Shown: one piece after another, positions 8,922 to 16,386 of the stretch
Position numbering within the stretch: position 1 is the first letter of the stretch
Layout of the letters: every line of letters starts with the position of its first letter
Assembly: GCA_027452045.1 (NCBI GenBank)
Contig: DAIDHH010000083.1
Coordinates: forward strand, 2,139-66,138
DNA length: 64,000 nucleotides
Direction of reading: 5' to 3'
Source: Gammaproteobacteria bacterium
GTDB lineage: Bacteria > Pseudomonadota > Gammaproteobacteria > Steroidobacterales > Steroidobacteraceae
Notes under the pieces: generated by a model
Told to the model about the DNA's origin: nothing
Database searches by the model: none
Seen by the model: the letters and a program-made list of their open reading frames with translations, nothing else
Program-made: the position numbers and the translations under genes

Positions 8922-9347
8922 ATGCGCCATGCACACAGCACTACCCCCGACCCGCAGGCGATCCTGCGGGCCTGGATGCCGTTCAAGAAGGCGATCGGCG
9001 TGACCGCGGTGCGGAACGAGGCGGAATATACGACCGCGCGTTCTGTCGTCGATGCGCTGATTGACGTGATCGGCGACGACGAGAGCCATCCCCTTGCCGA
9101 GGTGCTCGATTATCTCTCCGACCAGGTAGAAGCGTATGAGGACGAGCACACGGTCATCCCCGAGGCATCCCCCGCCGAGACGCTGCGCTTCCTGATGCAG
9201 CAGCACGAGCTCAAGCAGGAGGATCTCATCGACTGCGCGCCGCAGAGCCGGATTTCAGACATCCTCAACGGCCGGCGCGCCGTCAGCAAGGATCTCGCGA
9301 AGAAGCTCGCGCGACGGTTCAACGTCGCTGCCGATCTGTTTATCTGA
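8922..9347 (+). CDS. higA: type II antitoxin HigA (XRE-type HTH)
   Basis: ATG8922 lies 2 nt after the higB stop. C-terminal HTH: LKQEDLIDCAPQSRISDILNGRRAVSKDLAKKLARRF. Confidence 0.85.
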   Translation: MRHAHSTTPDPQAILRAWMPFKKAIGVTAVRNEAEYTTARSVVDALIDVIGDDESHPLAEVLDYLSDQVEAYEDEHTVIPEASPAETLRFLMQQHELKQEDLIDCAPQSRISDILNGRRAVSKDLAKKLARRFNVAADLFI

Positions 9348-9349
9348 GG

Positions 9350-9820
9350 ATGTCCATGGAATCTCCAGCCAAGGTGCCGAGACGCTCAAATCAGGAATTG
9401 ATTGAAGCATTGGAGCACCTGAGGTACGAGTACTCGATGCTTCTCGCTGTCTCGGCGGCCTTGCGCTCGAATCTCGCATCGGATCCGCTGTTGAGGAATG
9501 TACTGCTGGAATCATTCGTGATCCACTTTCGCGCGCTCGTAGATTTCCTATACCGCCCGGACAATGCGCGCCCTGACGACATGGCAGCAGAAGATTTCCT
9601 CGGCGACAAAACCGACTGGAGTGAGGTGCGGCCGACCATCTCTCCGATACTGGACAGCAGCAGACGCAGGGCGCACAAAGAGATTGCGCATCTCACCTAT
9701 GCGCGCTTGACGGTCACGGAGTCGGAGAAAGAGTGGCCTTTCAGCGAGATAACTGCAGAAATTCGGCGCCTGATGGATCTATTTCAGGAGACGTCTCGGT
9801 GGAATTTGAGCAACGCGTAA
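9350..9820 (+). CDS. hypothetical all-helical protein (156 aa), possible HEPN-like R-x6-H motif (RAHKEIAH)
   Basis: ATG9350 lies 2 nt after the higA stop. GC visibly drops at this point. No family recognised with confidence. Confidence 0.55.
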   Translation: MSMESPAKVPRRSNQELIEALEHLRYEYSMLLAVSAALRSNLASDPLLRNVLLESFVIHFRALVDFLYRPDNARPDDMAAEDFLGDKTDWSEVRPTISPILDSSRRRAHKEIAHLTYARLTVTESEKEWPFSEITAEIRRLMDLFQETSRWNLSNA

Positions 9821-9859
9821 GGCGTTACTCTGTCCGAGAGTCCGGGCGTTCGAGTGCCA

Positions 9860-10987
9860 TTAGTCTGGCAAGTCATGAGTCCGATGAGCTTTCAAGCGCT
9901 TCGCTGCCTTCTGGAGTCTTTCACGAAACCAACGAGTGCTGGTCGCCCACCCGAGTGTCTCTGCCCCCGGCAGGGAGAGGTAGTGTTCGATAACTTCGAT
10001 CTCCTCAAGTGGCAATTTCTGCTTTCTGTATAAGATGGCAAGCTGTTCGTAAATCCATGGGGCGGCTGGGCACTTGTCTGCAGGCCGCACACCTGACTCG
10101 ATCTTCTTTGCCTCCGCACGCAACCATTCCATCGCATCATCGTAACGACCTTCGCGCTTTGCAGCAGCTATTCCTTCCACAGGATCTCTCGATAGGACTG
10201 ACTCCCACGGCTCGGGCAGGGGTTCCCGAAAATTCGTCGGTCTCTGCGTAGCGATATTGGCGCAGTCCACTCGACAGATACTGCCACAGAGGTTGAGGTA
10301 AACCCGTAGGGCAAGAAAGGCGTCCTCCAACGCGCTATGAAATTCGCTCTCGCGCGAAAGCCCGTAGAATCTGGCGACATTGTCAAGGCTTGCACTACCC
10401 GGCATCCCGCGACGCCGCCACTCAGTCATCGTGCAGTAGCTTCGAATCCTGATCAACTCTCGTCCGGCAGTCTTCAACTCTCGGTTCAAGAAGCCAACGT
10501 CAAACTCTGCGTTGTGGGCGACGATTAAATCGGCCGACTCTGCGAGTTCCATGACTTTCTCGGCAATCTCCGCAAACGTCTGTTGGTGACTCAAAACCCA
10601 GTCGCTATAGCCATGGACGCGCCGGGCCATGGGGTGGCTCTTAATTCCAGGGTTGCAGACCAGATACTCGAACGCTATCTGTTCTGTGCCGCCAATATTG
10701 ACCAACGAGCTTGACTTCAAGAGAAGCCCAGCAAAGCTCACCACGCGATCCGTCGCCTCCAGGCCGGTAGTCTCAACATCGATGGCCAGTACCCGTGAGG
10801 GCATTGTTCGAGCCTGGCGTTGCGCGGCGACGAGGAGCGGAGATGGAGGGGAGCGCTCCACCTGTGGTTCCCGGACGGGCTTTACCGGTGGAGGGATACT
10901 TGGTCGCGCTGTGTTGCCAGAGGCATTCTTTGCGACGTCGTTCGTAGTCGACGAAGAGGCGAAAAGCCTCCGAAGCCACTCAATCAT
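9860..10987 (-). CDS. DEDDh (DnaQ-like) 3'-5' exonuclease with an uncharacterised roughly 130-aa helical C-terminal domain
   Basis: Exo motifs: LAIDVETTG (Exo I), IVAHNAEFDVGFL (Exo II), HSALEDA (Exo III, H type). Alternative start ATG10804 (MPSRVLAIDVETTG). Lower GC than flanks. Confidence 0.8.
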   Translation of the reverse strand: MIEWLRRLFASSSTTNDVAKNASGNTARPSIPPPVKPVREPQVERSPPSPLLVAAQRQARTMPSRVLAIDVETTGLEATDRVVSFAGLLLKSSSLVNIGGTEQIAFEYLVCNPGIKSHPMARRVHGYSDWVLSHQQTFAEIAEKVMELAESADLIVAHNAEFDVGFLNRELKTAGRELIRIRSYCTMTEWRRRGMPGSASLDNVARFYGLSRESEFHSALEDAFLALRVYLNLCGSICRVDCANIATQRPTNFREPLPEPWESVLSRDPVEGIAAAKREGRYDDAMEWLRAEAKKIESGVRPADKCPAAPWIYEQLAILYRKQKLPLEEIEVIEHYLSLPGAETLGWATSTRWFRERLQKAAKRLKAHRTHDLPD

Positions 10988-11083
10988 GCATCACGGACTC
11001 GCCGACTCGCCGGGTCAGGATCAGCATAGCGCCCCCTCCTCGTGCGCGGCTTCTGTTTCTTGAGTCCGCGCCGTCGGTCGATT

Positions 11084-11386
11084 CTAGCGCACTGCCGCCG
11101 CTGCGGCCTCGGTGGCGAAACGCATGGAGAGTTCGCTGGCCCGATCTCGCTGCCGCTCGCTGAGGCGGCGAGCCGATCGCAGGATCTTCGTCGCCGCCTG
11201 AAGGTCGGCGGCCTCCGTGCCGGGGATCCCGCCCTCGAGGAGGGCTATGGCCGCGCTCCGCTCGCGGGGGTCCAGAGCCCACCCCTGCGCCACTGCGCGC
11301 AGGCACCAGCTTATGGCGGCGAGGGATGCCGCCGGATCAGGTGGGGCTGGAGCGGTCTGCCCGCAGTCCTCCTGGTCCGCGCTCAT
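11084..11386 (-). CDS. hypothetical protein (100 aa), translationally coupled to the relaxase
   Basis: ATGA start/stop overlap with the relaxase gene at 11383-11386. Confidence 0.4.
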   Translation of the reverse strand: MSADQEDCGQTAPAPPDPAASLAAISWCLRAVAQGWALDPRERSAAIALLEGGIPGTEAADLQAATKILRSARRLSERQRDRASELSMRFATEAAAAAVR

Positions 11387-13287
11387 CGCCCGAGGTCCTG
11401 TTCGGGCTCGTCCTCGGCCTCGATCGCCGCGCCTGGGCGATCCCGCTCGACTCCGCCCGGCGGCTCCCCACGGGCCATGCGCTCGCGCTCATCCTCGACG
11501 ATGCTCGCCAGGTCGGCGTCCTCGACCTCGATGCCTTCGCGGGCCGCCGCACGAGCGGTGCGCTCTCGGAACTCGCTGCTGCCCTGGATGCTCACTCTGC
11601 CTGACCACTTCGCCGCAGCGATCTTGAGCGCAGCGTGTTCCGCGGTGGAGTCATGCTCGAGCATCTCTATCCGGTGCCGCTCAGCCAGGAACACCTCGCG
11701 TCCTTGGCGGTCGCGGTACCGTCGGAGCCGCGCCTCGGAATCCCACTCGTAATGCAGTCCGAGGGAGCGGGCTGCTGCGAGTTCTGCAGACCAATAGCCG
11801 CGCCTCAGAGGTCGCATGCCGCTAATGCTGTCTCTCGACTCAGGAGGGGCGGTGGTGCCATCGCGGCGAGTGCGCCGAAGCCGCCCTCGAGCCGCACGCT
11901 CCGCCTCACGCCGGACCTGGCGGAGTGCCATGTACTGCCTCTGCGTGCCAGTTCCCGCCGCCACCCACTCGTCGCGCAGTCCTTTGGTCGCCAAGCTGAT
12001 GGCAGCAGGCATGTCGAGCGTGATCCGGTGTCGGGCTGCGTACTCTGTAAGCGCCTCTCGTGCGGCATCGAGCTCTGCCGGTGTCGGCGGTGCCTCACGC
12101 CGGGATTCTCTCTGTCCAGGGTCCCGCTCCGCTCCCGTGTCCTCCTGTGCGCGGCTCCTGTTGTTGAGGCGAGGGTCGTCTGTCGTTTGTTCTCGCTTAG
12201 CCTGCTCGTCCGAGCGCTGAGACTCGGCCTGTCGCACCGCCGCAGGGAGTGCTGCGGCTACGCGCGCGGCCAGGTGGCGCTGATCGGCACCGCCGCGGGC
12301 GATACCGCGCGCGGTGCCATCGCCCGCATGGACCGTCAGCCAGTGGGTGCCGTCGGGCAAATCCATGACGCGCACGCCATGCTGAATTACGGCGCGGCGA
12401 GCGGCTGGTGACAAACCTCGCGCGATGACCGCCGCAGACTGTGACGCCTGCCGCTGGTCGCGCGCGGCGCGGGCCTGTGCGAGGTCAGCGGACGTGTCGA
12501 GAATCGCACAGTCGAGCGCAGCGGCACCGCGCTCCTGCTCGCCGACCTCGCGTGCCGCCGAGAGCCGCTCCGACGCCTCGGCCTCCCAATCCTGTCGCTT
12601 GCGCGATTTTTCTCCGCGGCGCTCGAGCGCGGTAGCAGTAGGGCCCATATGCCGCGTCGGCTCGCGGTCGATGCCCTGTGCCTTGAGCGTCCGATGATCG
12701 ACGCGGGCTTCGTGGCCGGCATACTGCAGGGCTGCATTGCACATCGCCGCCCACCGCTCGCGGATCGCCGCCAGGTCGGCTTTTCGATCACGCCCGGCCC
12801 GCTCCTGCTCACATTTTGCCCCGAGGACGATCGCGCCGGACTCGAGCCGCCGCACCGTCCTGGTCGACATCAGCAAGTGCGCGTGGTGATTGCGCTCATC
12901 ACCATCCTTACTGGGCGCATGGATGCATACATCCACCGCGCAGCCACGCTCTGTGGCCAGCGTGCGGGCGAAGCCGACGGCGAGGGCGTGACGCTGCTCG
13001 GCAGTGATCTCTGAGGGGAGGGCGATCTCAATCTCCCGCGCCACACACGCATCCTTGCGCCGCTCGGCTGTCTCTGCCAGGTTCCAGAGGGTCGCCCGGT
13101 CAGGACCAGGCTGGCCGTCAGGTACGACGATCTCCGTGTACTCTACGCCGCGCTTTCGGGTGTAGTCATGTTGTCGCCCTGTCCGTTCGTCCTCGATGCA
13201 CTCAGCTGCGCGATAGGCTGCTGCCGCAGTGGCAGACCGGCCTGCCGACCGCGATACCGCTTTTGCAGCCAGGTGGTAGATCGCCAT
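11383..13287 (-). CDS. MobA/MobL-family (MOBQ) relaxase
   Basis: N-terminus MAIYHLAAKAVSRSAGRSATAAAAYRA (catalytic Tyr region) and histidine triad DGDERNHHAHLLMSTR. Confidence 0.9.
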   Translation of the reverse strand: MAIYHLAAKAVSRSAGRSATAAAAYRAAECIEDERTGRQHDYTRKRGVEYTEIVVPDGQPGPDRATLWNLAETAERRKDACVAREIEIALPSEITAEQRHALAVGFARTLATERGCAVDVCIHAPSKDGDERNHHAHLLMSTRTVRRLESGAIVLGAKCEQERAGRDRKADLAAIRERWAAMCNAALQYAGHEARVDHRTLKAQGIDREPTRHMGPTATALERRGEKSRKRQDWEAEASERLSAAREVGEQERGAAALDCAILDTSADLAQARAARDQRQASQSAAVIARGLSPAARRAVIQHGVRVMDLPDGTHWLTVHAGDGTARGIARGGADQRHLAARVAAALPAAVRQAESQRSDEQAKREQTTDDPRLNNRSRAQEDTGAERDPGQRESRREAPPTPAELDAAREALTEYAARHRITLDMPAAISLATKGLRDEWVAAGTGTQRQYMALRQVRREAERAARGRLRRTRRDGTTAPPESRDSISGMRPLRRGYWSAELAAARSLGLHYEWDSEARLRRYRDRQGREVFLAERHRIEMLEHDSTAEHAALKIAAAKWSGRVSIQGSSEFRERTARAAAREGIEVEDADLASIVEDERERMARGEPPGGVERDRPGAAIEAEDEPEQDLGR

Positions 13288-13560
13288 CTACTGCGCAGGC
13301 AGATTAAACAGCGCCCGGTCATCAGGGCGCGTGAGTCTGGCGCTCAGTAGCGCCATCAGAGCCTCCCGCGACCACCCATCCTCGCCATGCTCTACGGCGG
13401 CGAGCACCACCGCGCCTGTGAGGATTTTGCGTCGTGTGTCATCTGCCCGCTGGCCCTTGAGGACGCGGGCAAGCTGACGGGCCCCGATCTGCTCTCGCTG
13501 CGTCTGGAGCTGTTTGAGCCTTTTTTCGGCGGCGGCGATCCGGTCATCGATAGTAGGCAT
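13288..13560 (-). CDS. small mobilisation accessory protein (TraD-like)
   Basis: 90 aa. Its stop abuts the relaxase start. RADDTRRKILTGAVVLA resembles the Ti-plasmid TraD-type RKRDTREKIELGG core. Confidence 0.55.
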   Translation of the reverse strand: MPTIDDRIAAAEKRLKQLQTQREQIGARQLARVLKGQRADDTRRKILTGAVVLAAVEHGEDGWSREALMALLSARLTRPDDRALFNLPAQ

Positions 13561-13620
13561 GATGTGCTCCTGCTAGGTGACGTAACTCGTACATCTCCTC
13601 CGCAGGGTGGGACCCAAACG

Positions 13621-13685
13621 CCCGAGCGAAGCGAAGGGCGCACTTAGGAGTTCTTCGCTTCGCTACGAACTCCGTGCGCCGGGGG
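13621..13685 (-). other. candidate oriT: nested inverted repeats plus an RSF1010-type nick motif TAAGTGCGCCCT (minus strand, 13646-13635)
   Basis: IRs agcgaagcgaag (13625-13636) / cttcgcttcgct (13653-13664); ggagtt (13647-13652) / aactcc (13668-13673); ggcgcac (13637-13643) / gtgcgcc (13674-13680). Lies upstream of the mob operon. Confidence 0.6.
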
Positions 13686-14093
13686 CGTTGCCCCCTGGAC
13701 CCCAAGGGCCGGGGCATCGGCGACGGCGCTCACGCGCTCGCCGCCTCGGCCCGGCCACCTCCGGCAAGCCCTCGGTTCTGCGCTGAGGTTTGTGGCGGAC
13801 AAGTCCTGACCCCATCCCCGCCAGGTCCCACACCGTGCCAGATGCGCCTCCACTCGCAGTCGTGCCGGCCGCGCGCGGTGCCTGCTCGGTGGCGTCGATG
13901 CCCTTGTCGGCCGCGCGGCTCGCCGGTGCGTGGAACGGCCGCACCGGTGATGCGCGCAATGGCCGGCGCGAGCGCTCAATCCATTCCCGCCAGCACCCCG
14001 GTGTAGGCCGCTCCCGAGGGATCACCCCCATTCACCGGCGGTGTTCCGGCGCCGGGACTGCGCCCGTAGGGGCCCGGGCGACGGAGAACAGAC

Positions 14094-14432
14094 ATGACGA
14101 CATCATTACGACGCACAGAGCCCGCAGAGCCGCCTTGGCACCGACGTTCCCCACTCTGGACGCATGAGGCCGAGATCCGCCGCCTGCGAGCCGAGGGCTA
14201 CTCGCTCCGCCAGATCGTGGACCGACTCGACCTCGGGCTGAGTCGCTCAACCCTGCATCGCTGGCTGCGGCGCGCCGCAGCCGCCCGCCCTGCGGGCGAG
14301 TCTGCGCCCGCAGCGTCCCCGTCCGCGCCGGCTGCGGCGGATTCCGCAGAAGCCGCCGCCGATGACGCGGCAGCACTCGCCGTACTCGATTCCTCCGGCT
14401 TCACCCCACCTACTACGAGGGCTCTCAAATGA
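14094..14432 (+). CDS. HTH domain protein (resolvase/Hin-type HTH)
   Basis: EIRRLRAEGYSLRQIVDRLDLGLSRSTLHRWLRR. ggag lies upstream of ATG14094. Divergent from the mob operon. Confidence 0.55.
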   Translation: MTTSLRRTEPAEPPWHRRSPLWTHEAEIRRLRAEGYSLRQIVDRLDLGLSRSTLHRWLRRAAAARPAGESAPAASPSAPAAADSAEAAADDAAALAVLDSSGFTPPTTRALK

Positions 14433-15112
14433 CTCATTCGATCTATATGACCATCGCCGCGGTTGGAAACTGCGGCAAGACCACCATCGCCCGGCACGTC
14501 CTGGCCAGCGGCGGCAGTCCCATCGCTACCCTTGAGACACATAGCGCGAGCGGCGATGAACGCGACGTCATCGACCGTGACGGCCTCGCCGCGCGGCTCT
14601 TCGCGCCGCCGCCGGGCGGCCTCGTACTGGATGTCGGTGTCGGTGACGCCGTGGACGCGCTCGAGGCGTTGGCGCTGGTGTCGAGGCAGGATGCCTCGCT
14701 GGTCGACCGCTTGCGCATCGTGGTCCCACTGCTGCCGGACTCCAAGTCCGTCGCCGGGTTGCGCTGGCTGCTCGCGCAGATACCCGAGTCACTACGCCCT
14801 GCGGTGCGGGCAGTCTGGAATCGCGTGCGCGATGACTCATTGCGCGACAGCGACGTTGCCCGCGCCGCGCGCTCCGTTGTCCGCCAGGGCGACGCACAAC
14901 TCTGCGTGCCGGTGATTCACGAGTCACCACTGTTTGATCCCGCGCACCCACTGGTGCGGCGCCGCGGCGGCATCGAGGCCCTAGCAGGATTGTCCGATGA
15001 CGAGATCCGGGCGGCTCCGATGACTGACATGCCCGCACTGCTCGCCGGCCGCGACGCAGCGCAGGCCGCGCTCGCGGACTGTCGCGCGGTAGCAGCCGCC
15101 ATCACTGAGTGA
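14429..15112 (+). CDS. P-loop NTPase, ParA/StbB-like stability protein (tentative)
   Basis: ATGA overlap with the upstream gene. Walker-A-like AAVGNCGKTT near the N-terminus. Confidence 0.5.
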   Translation: MTHSIYMTIAAVGNCGKTTIARHVLASGGSPIATLETHSASGDERDVIDRDGLAARLFAPPPGGLVLDVGVGDAVDALEALALVSRQDASLVDRLRIVVPLLPDSKSVAGLRWLLAQIPESLRPAVRAVWNRVRDDSLRDSDVARAARSVVRQGDAQLCVPVIHESPLFDPAHPLVRRRGGIEALAGLSDDEIRAAPMTDMPALLAGRDAAQAALADCRAVAAAITE

Positions 15113-15126
15113 CCCAGGAGATACGT

Positions 15127-15843
15127 ATGCGTCATCACATTCCCATTCGGTGCGCCGCCGCAGCCGCGGCGGTCACCCTCATCCTTGCGTCCGCGGCACC
15201 GCCCGCAGAGGCGGTGGCGGAGGTGGCCGGCGCGACTTTCCCCGAGCAGATTGTGCAGGAAGTCACGGCCGTCGAGCAGGATGAGCAGGCCGTCATGCAG
15301 ACCGAGCAGCAGATCAGCATGCTGGCCAACCAGGCGATAAATCTGGGCACGATGCCGCTTCAGTTCTGGGGGCAATTGACCGCCCCGGTCATGCAGATGC
15401 AACAGATCATCGGGCAGGCGCAGGGCATCGCCGCGAGCGTGCAGGACACCGCCGCCCAAACCGCCTGTGAGTACGGCGATCCCACGGGCTCAGTCGGCTA
15501 TGCCGGCGGTACGTTGGCGCAATGGACTCAAGGGTTCAATCAGCAGATCTCGGGCGTGCTGCATGAGTACGGCCTGTCCCAGCAGCAGGTCGCGACCTCC
15601 GCCGCGACGGAGCAGACGTTGCAGGCCGCCTCGCGCTCGGCACGGGGCCGCAATCAGATCCTCCAGGCGTGCAACGCGATGAACAGAGTGTTCGCGACCG
15701 AACTCTACCAACTCGACACCGACATGCGCTCGGCCAATACAGCAATCCTCCAAGACCGGACTGCGAATGATGCCGACCGCGCCGCCAACACGAGGGCACT
15801 GCAGGACTGGCTGAGTACCCCGGGTTGGGCGCCGCGGCAGTGA
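15127..15843 (+). CDS. trbJ: TrbJ/VirB5-family conjugative transfer protein (orphan)
   Basis: aggag lies 6 nt upstream of ATG15127. Signal peptide, then a Q-rich coiled region EQQISMLANQAINLG ... typical of TrbJ. Confidence 0.7.
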   Translation: MRHHIPIRCAAAAAAVTLILASAAPPAEAVAEVAGATFPEQIVQEVTAVEQDEQAVMQTEQQISMLANQAINLGTMPLQFWGQLTAPVMQMQQIIGQAQGIAASVQDTAAQTACEYGDPTGSVGYAGGTLAQWTQGFNQQISGVLHEYGLSQQQVATSAATEQTLQAASRSARGRNQILQACNAMNRVFATELYQLDTDMRSANTAILQDRTANDADRAANTRALQDWLSTPGWAPRQ

Positions 15844-15863
15844 ATGCAAGAGGAGTGACCTCC

Positions 15864-15971
15864 ATGCGTCATCGTCACCGACTCGTTCTTCTCGCCGCTC
15901 TCGCGGCGCTACTGATCCCCGGAGTCGCGCTCGCGCAGGGGGCAACTTCGGCGCCGAATGTAGCGCGTTGA
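15864..15971 (+). CDS. 35-aa signal-peptide-like ORF ending at the backbone/cargo junction (possible truncated trb gene)
   Basis: aggag upstream; MRHRHRLVLLAALAALLIPGVALAQG... then a stop immediately before the ArsR operator. Confidence 0.3.
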   Translation: MRHRHRLVLLAALAALLIPGVALAQGATSAPNVAR

Positions 15972-15974
15972 ATT

Positions 15975-15996
15975 ACACTATCATGTGTGATAGTGT
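15975..15996. promoter_or_regulatory. candidate ArsR/SmtB operator (9-4-9 perfect inverted repeat)
   Basis: acactatca tgtg tgatagtgt, ending 1 nt before the arsR-family ATG15997. Confidence 0.55.
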
Positions 15997-16386
15997 ATGC
16001 TTATGAAGCCTCGATCCCGACGCACGGCGTCCTGCTGCCCGCCGAAGCCCGCGCTCGCGAAGCGAGATCTCATTCCTGCCGCGCAAGCCGGTGATCTTGC
16101 GGATCTGTTCAAGATGCTGGGGAACGAGACCCGCGCACGGCTTCTGCATGCACTCGTGCGGGCCGGCGAGCTGTGCGTGTCGGAGCTGGCTGATACGGTG
16201 GCGATGAAACCGCAGGCTGTCTCGAACCAGCTGCAGCGCCTTGCCGATCGGCGCATCGTCGCAGCGCGCAGGGAGGGGACGACGATTTACTATCGGGTCG
16301 TCGATCCCTGTGTGGCCGAGATCCTCGATCGAGCCCTTTGTCTGCTTGAGGATGCCAAGAGTGGCGTTCACACCCGCACAACATGA
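15997..16386 (+). CDS. ArsR/SmtB-family metalloregulator
   Basis: LFKMLGNETRARLLHALVRAGELCVSELADTVAMKPQAVSNQLQRL. Cysteines in the N-terminal arm (CC) and in ELCV. Confidence 0.85.
   Translation: MLMKPRSRRTASCCPPKPALAKRDLIPAAQAGDLADLFKMLGNETRARLLHALVRAGELCVSELADTVAMKPQAVSNQLQRLADRRIVAARREGTTIYYRVVDPCVAEILDRALCLLEDAKSGVHTRTT

Noticed and set aside
13686-14093. ORFs of 110-125 aa on both strands between the oriT candidate and the HTH gene.
   Set aside because: All are Ala/Arg/Pro-rich and mutually overlapping, with no motif and no ribosome-binding site. More likely non-coding oriT-flanking DNA.
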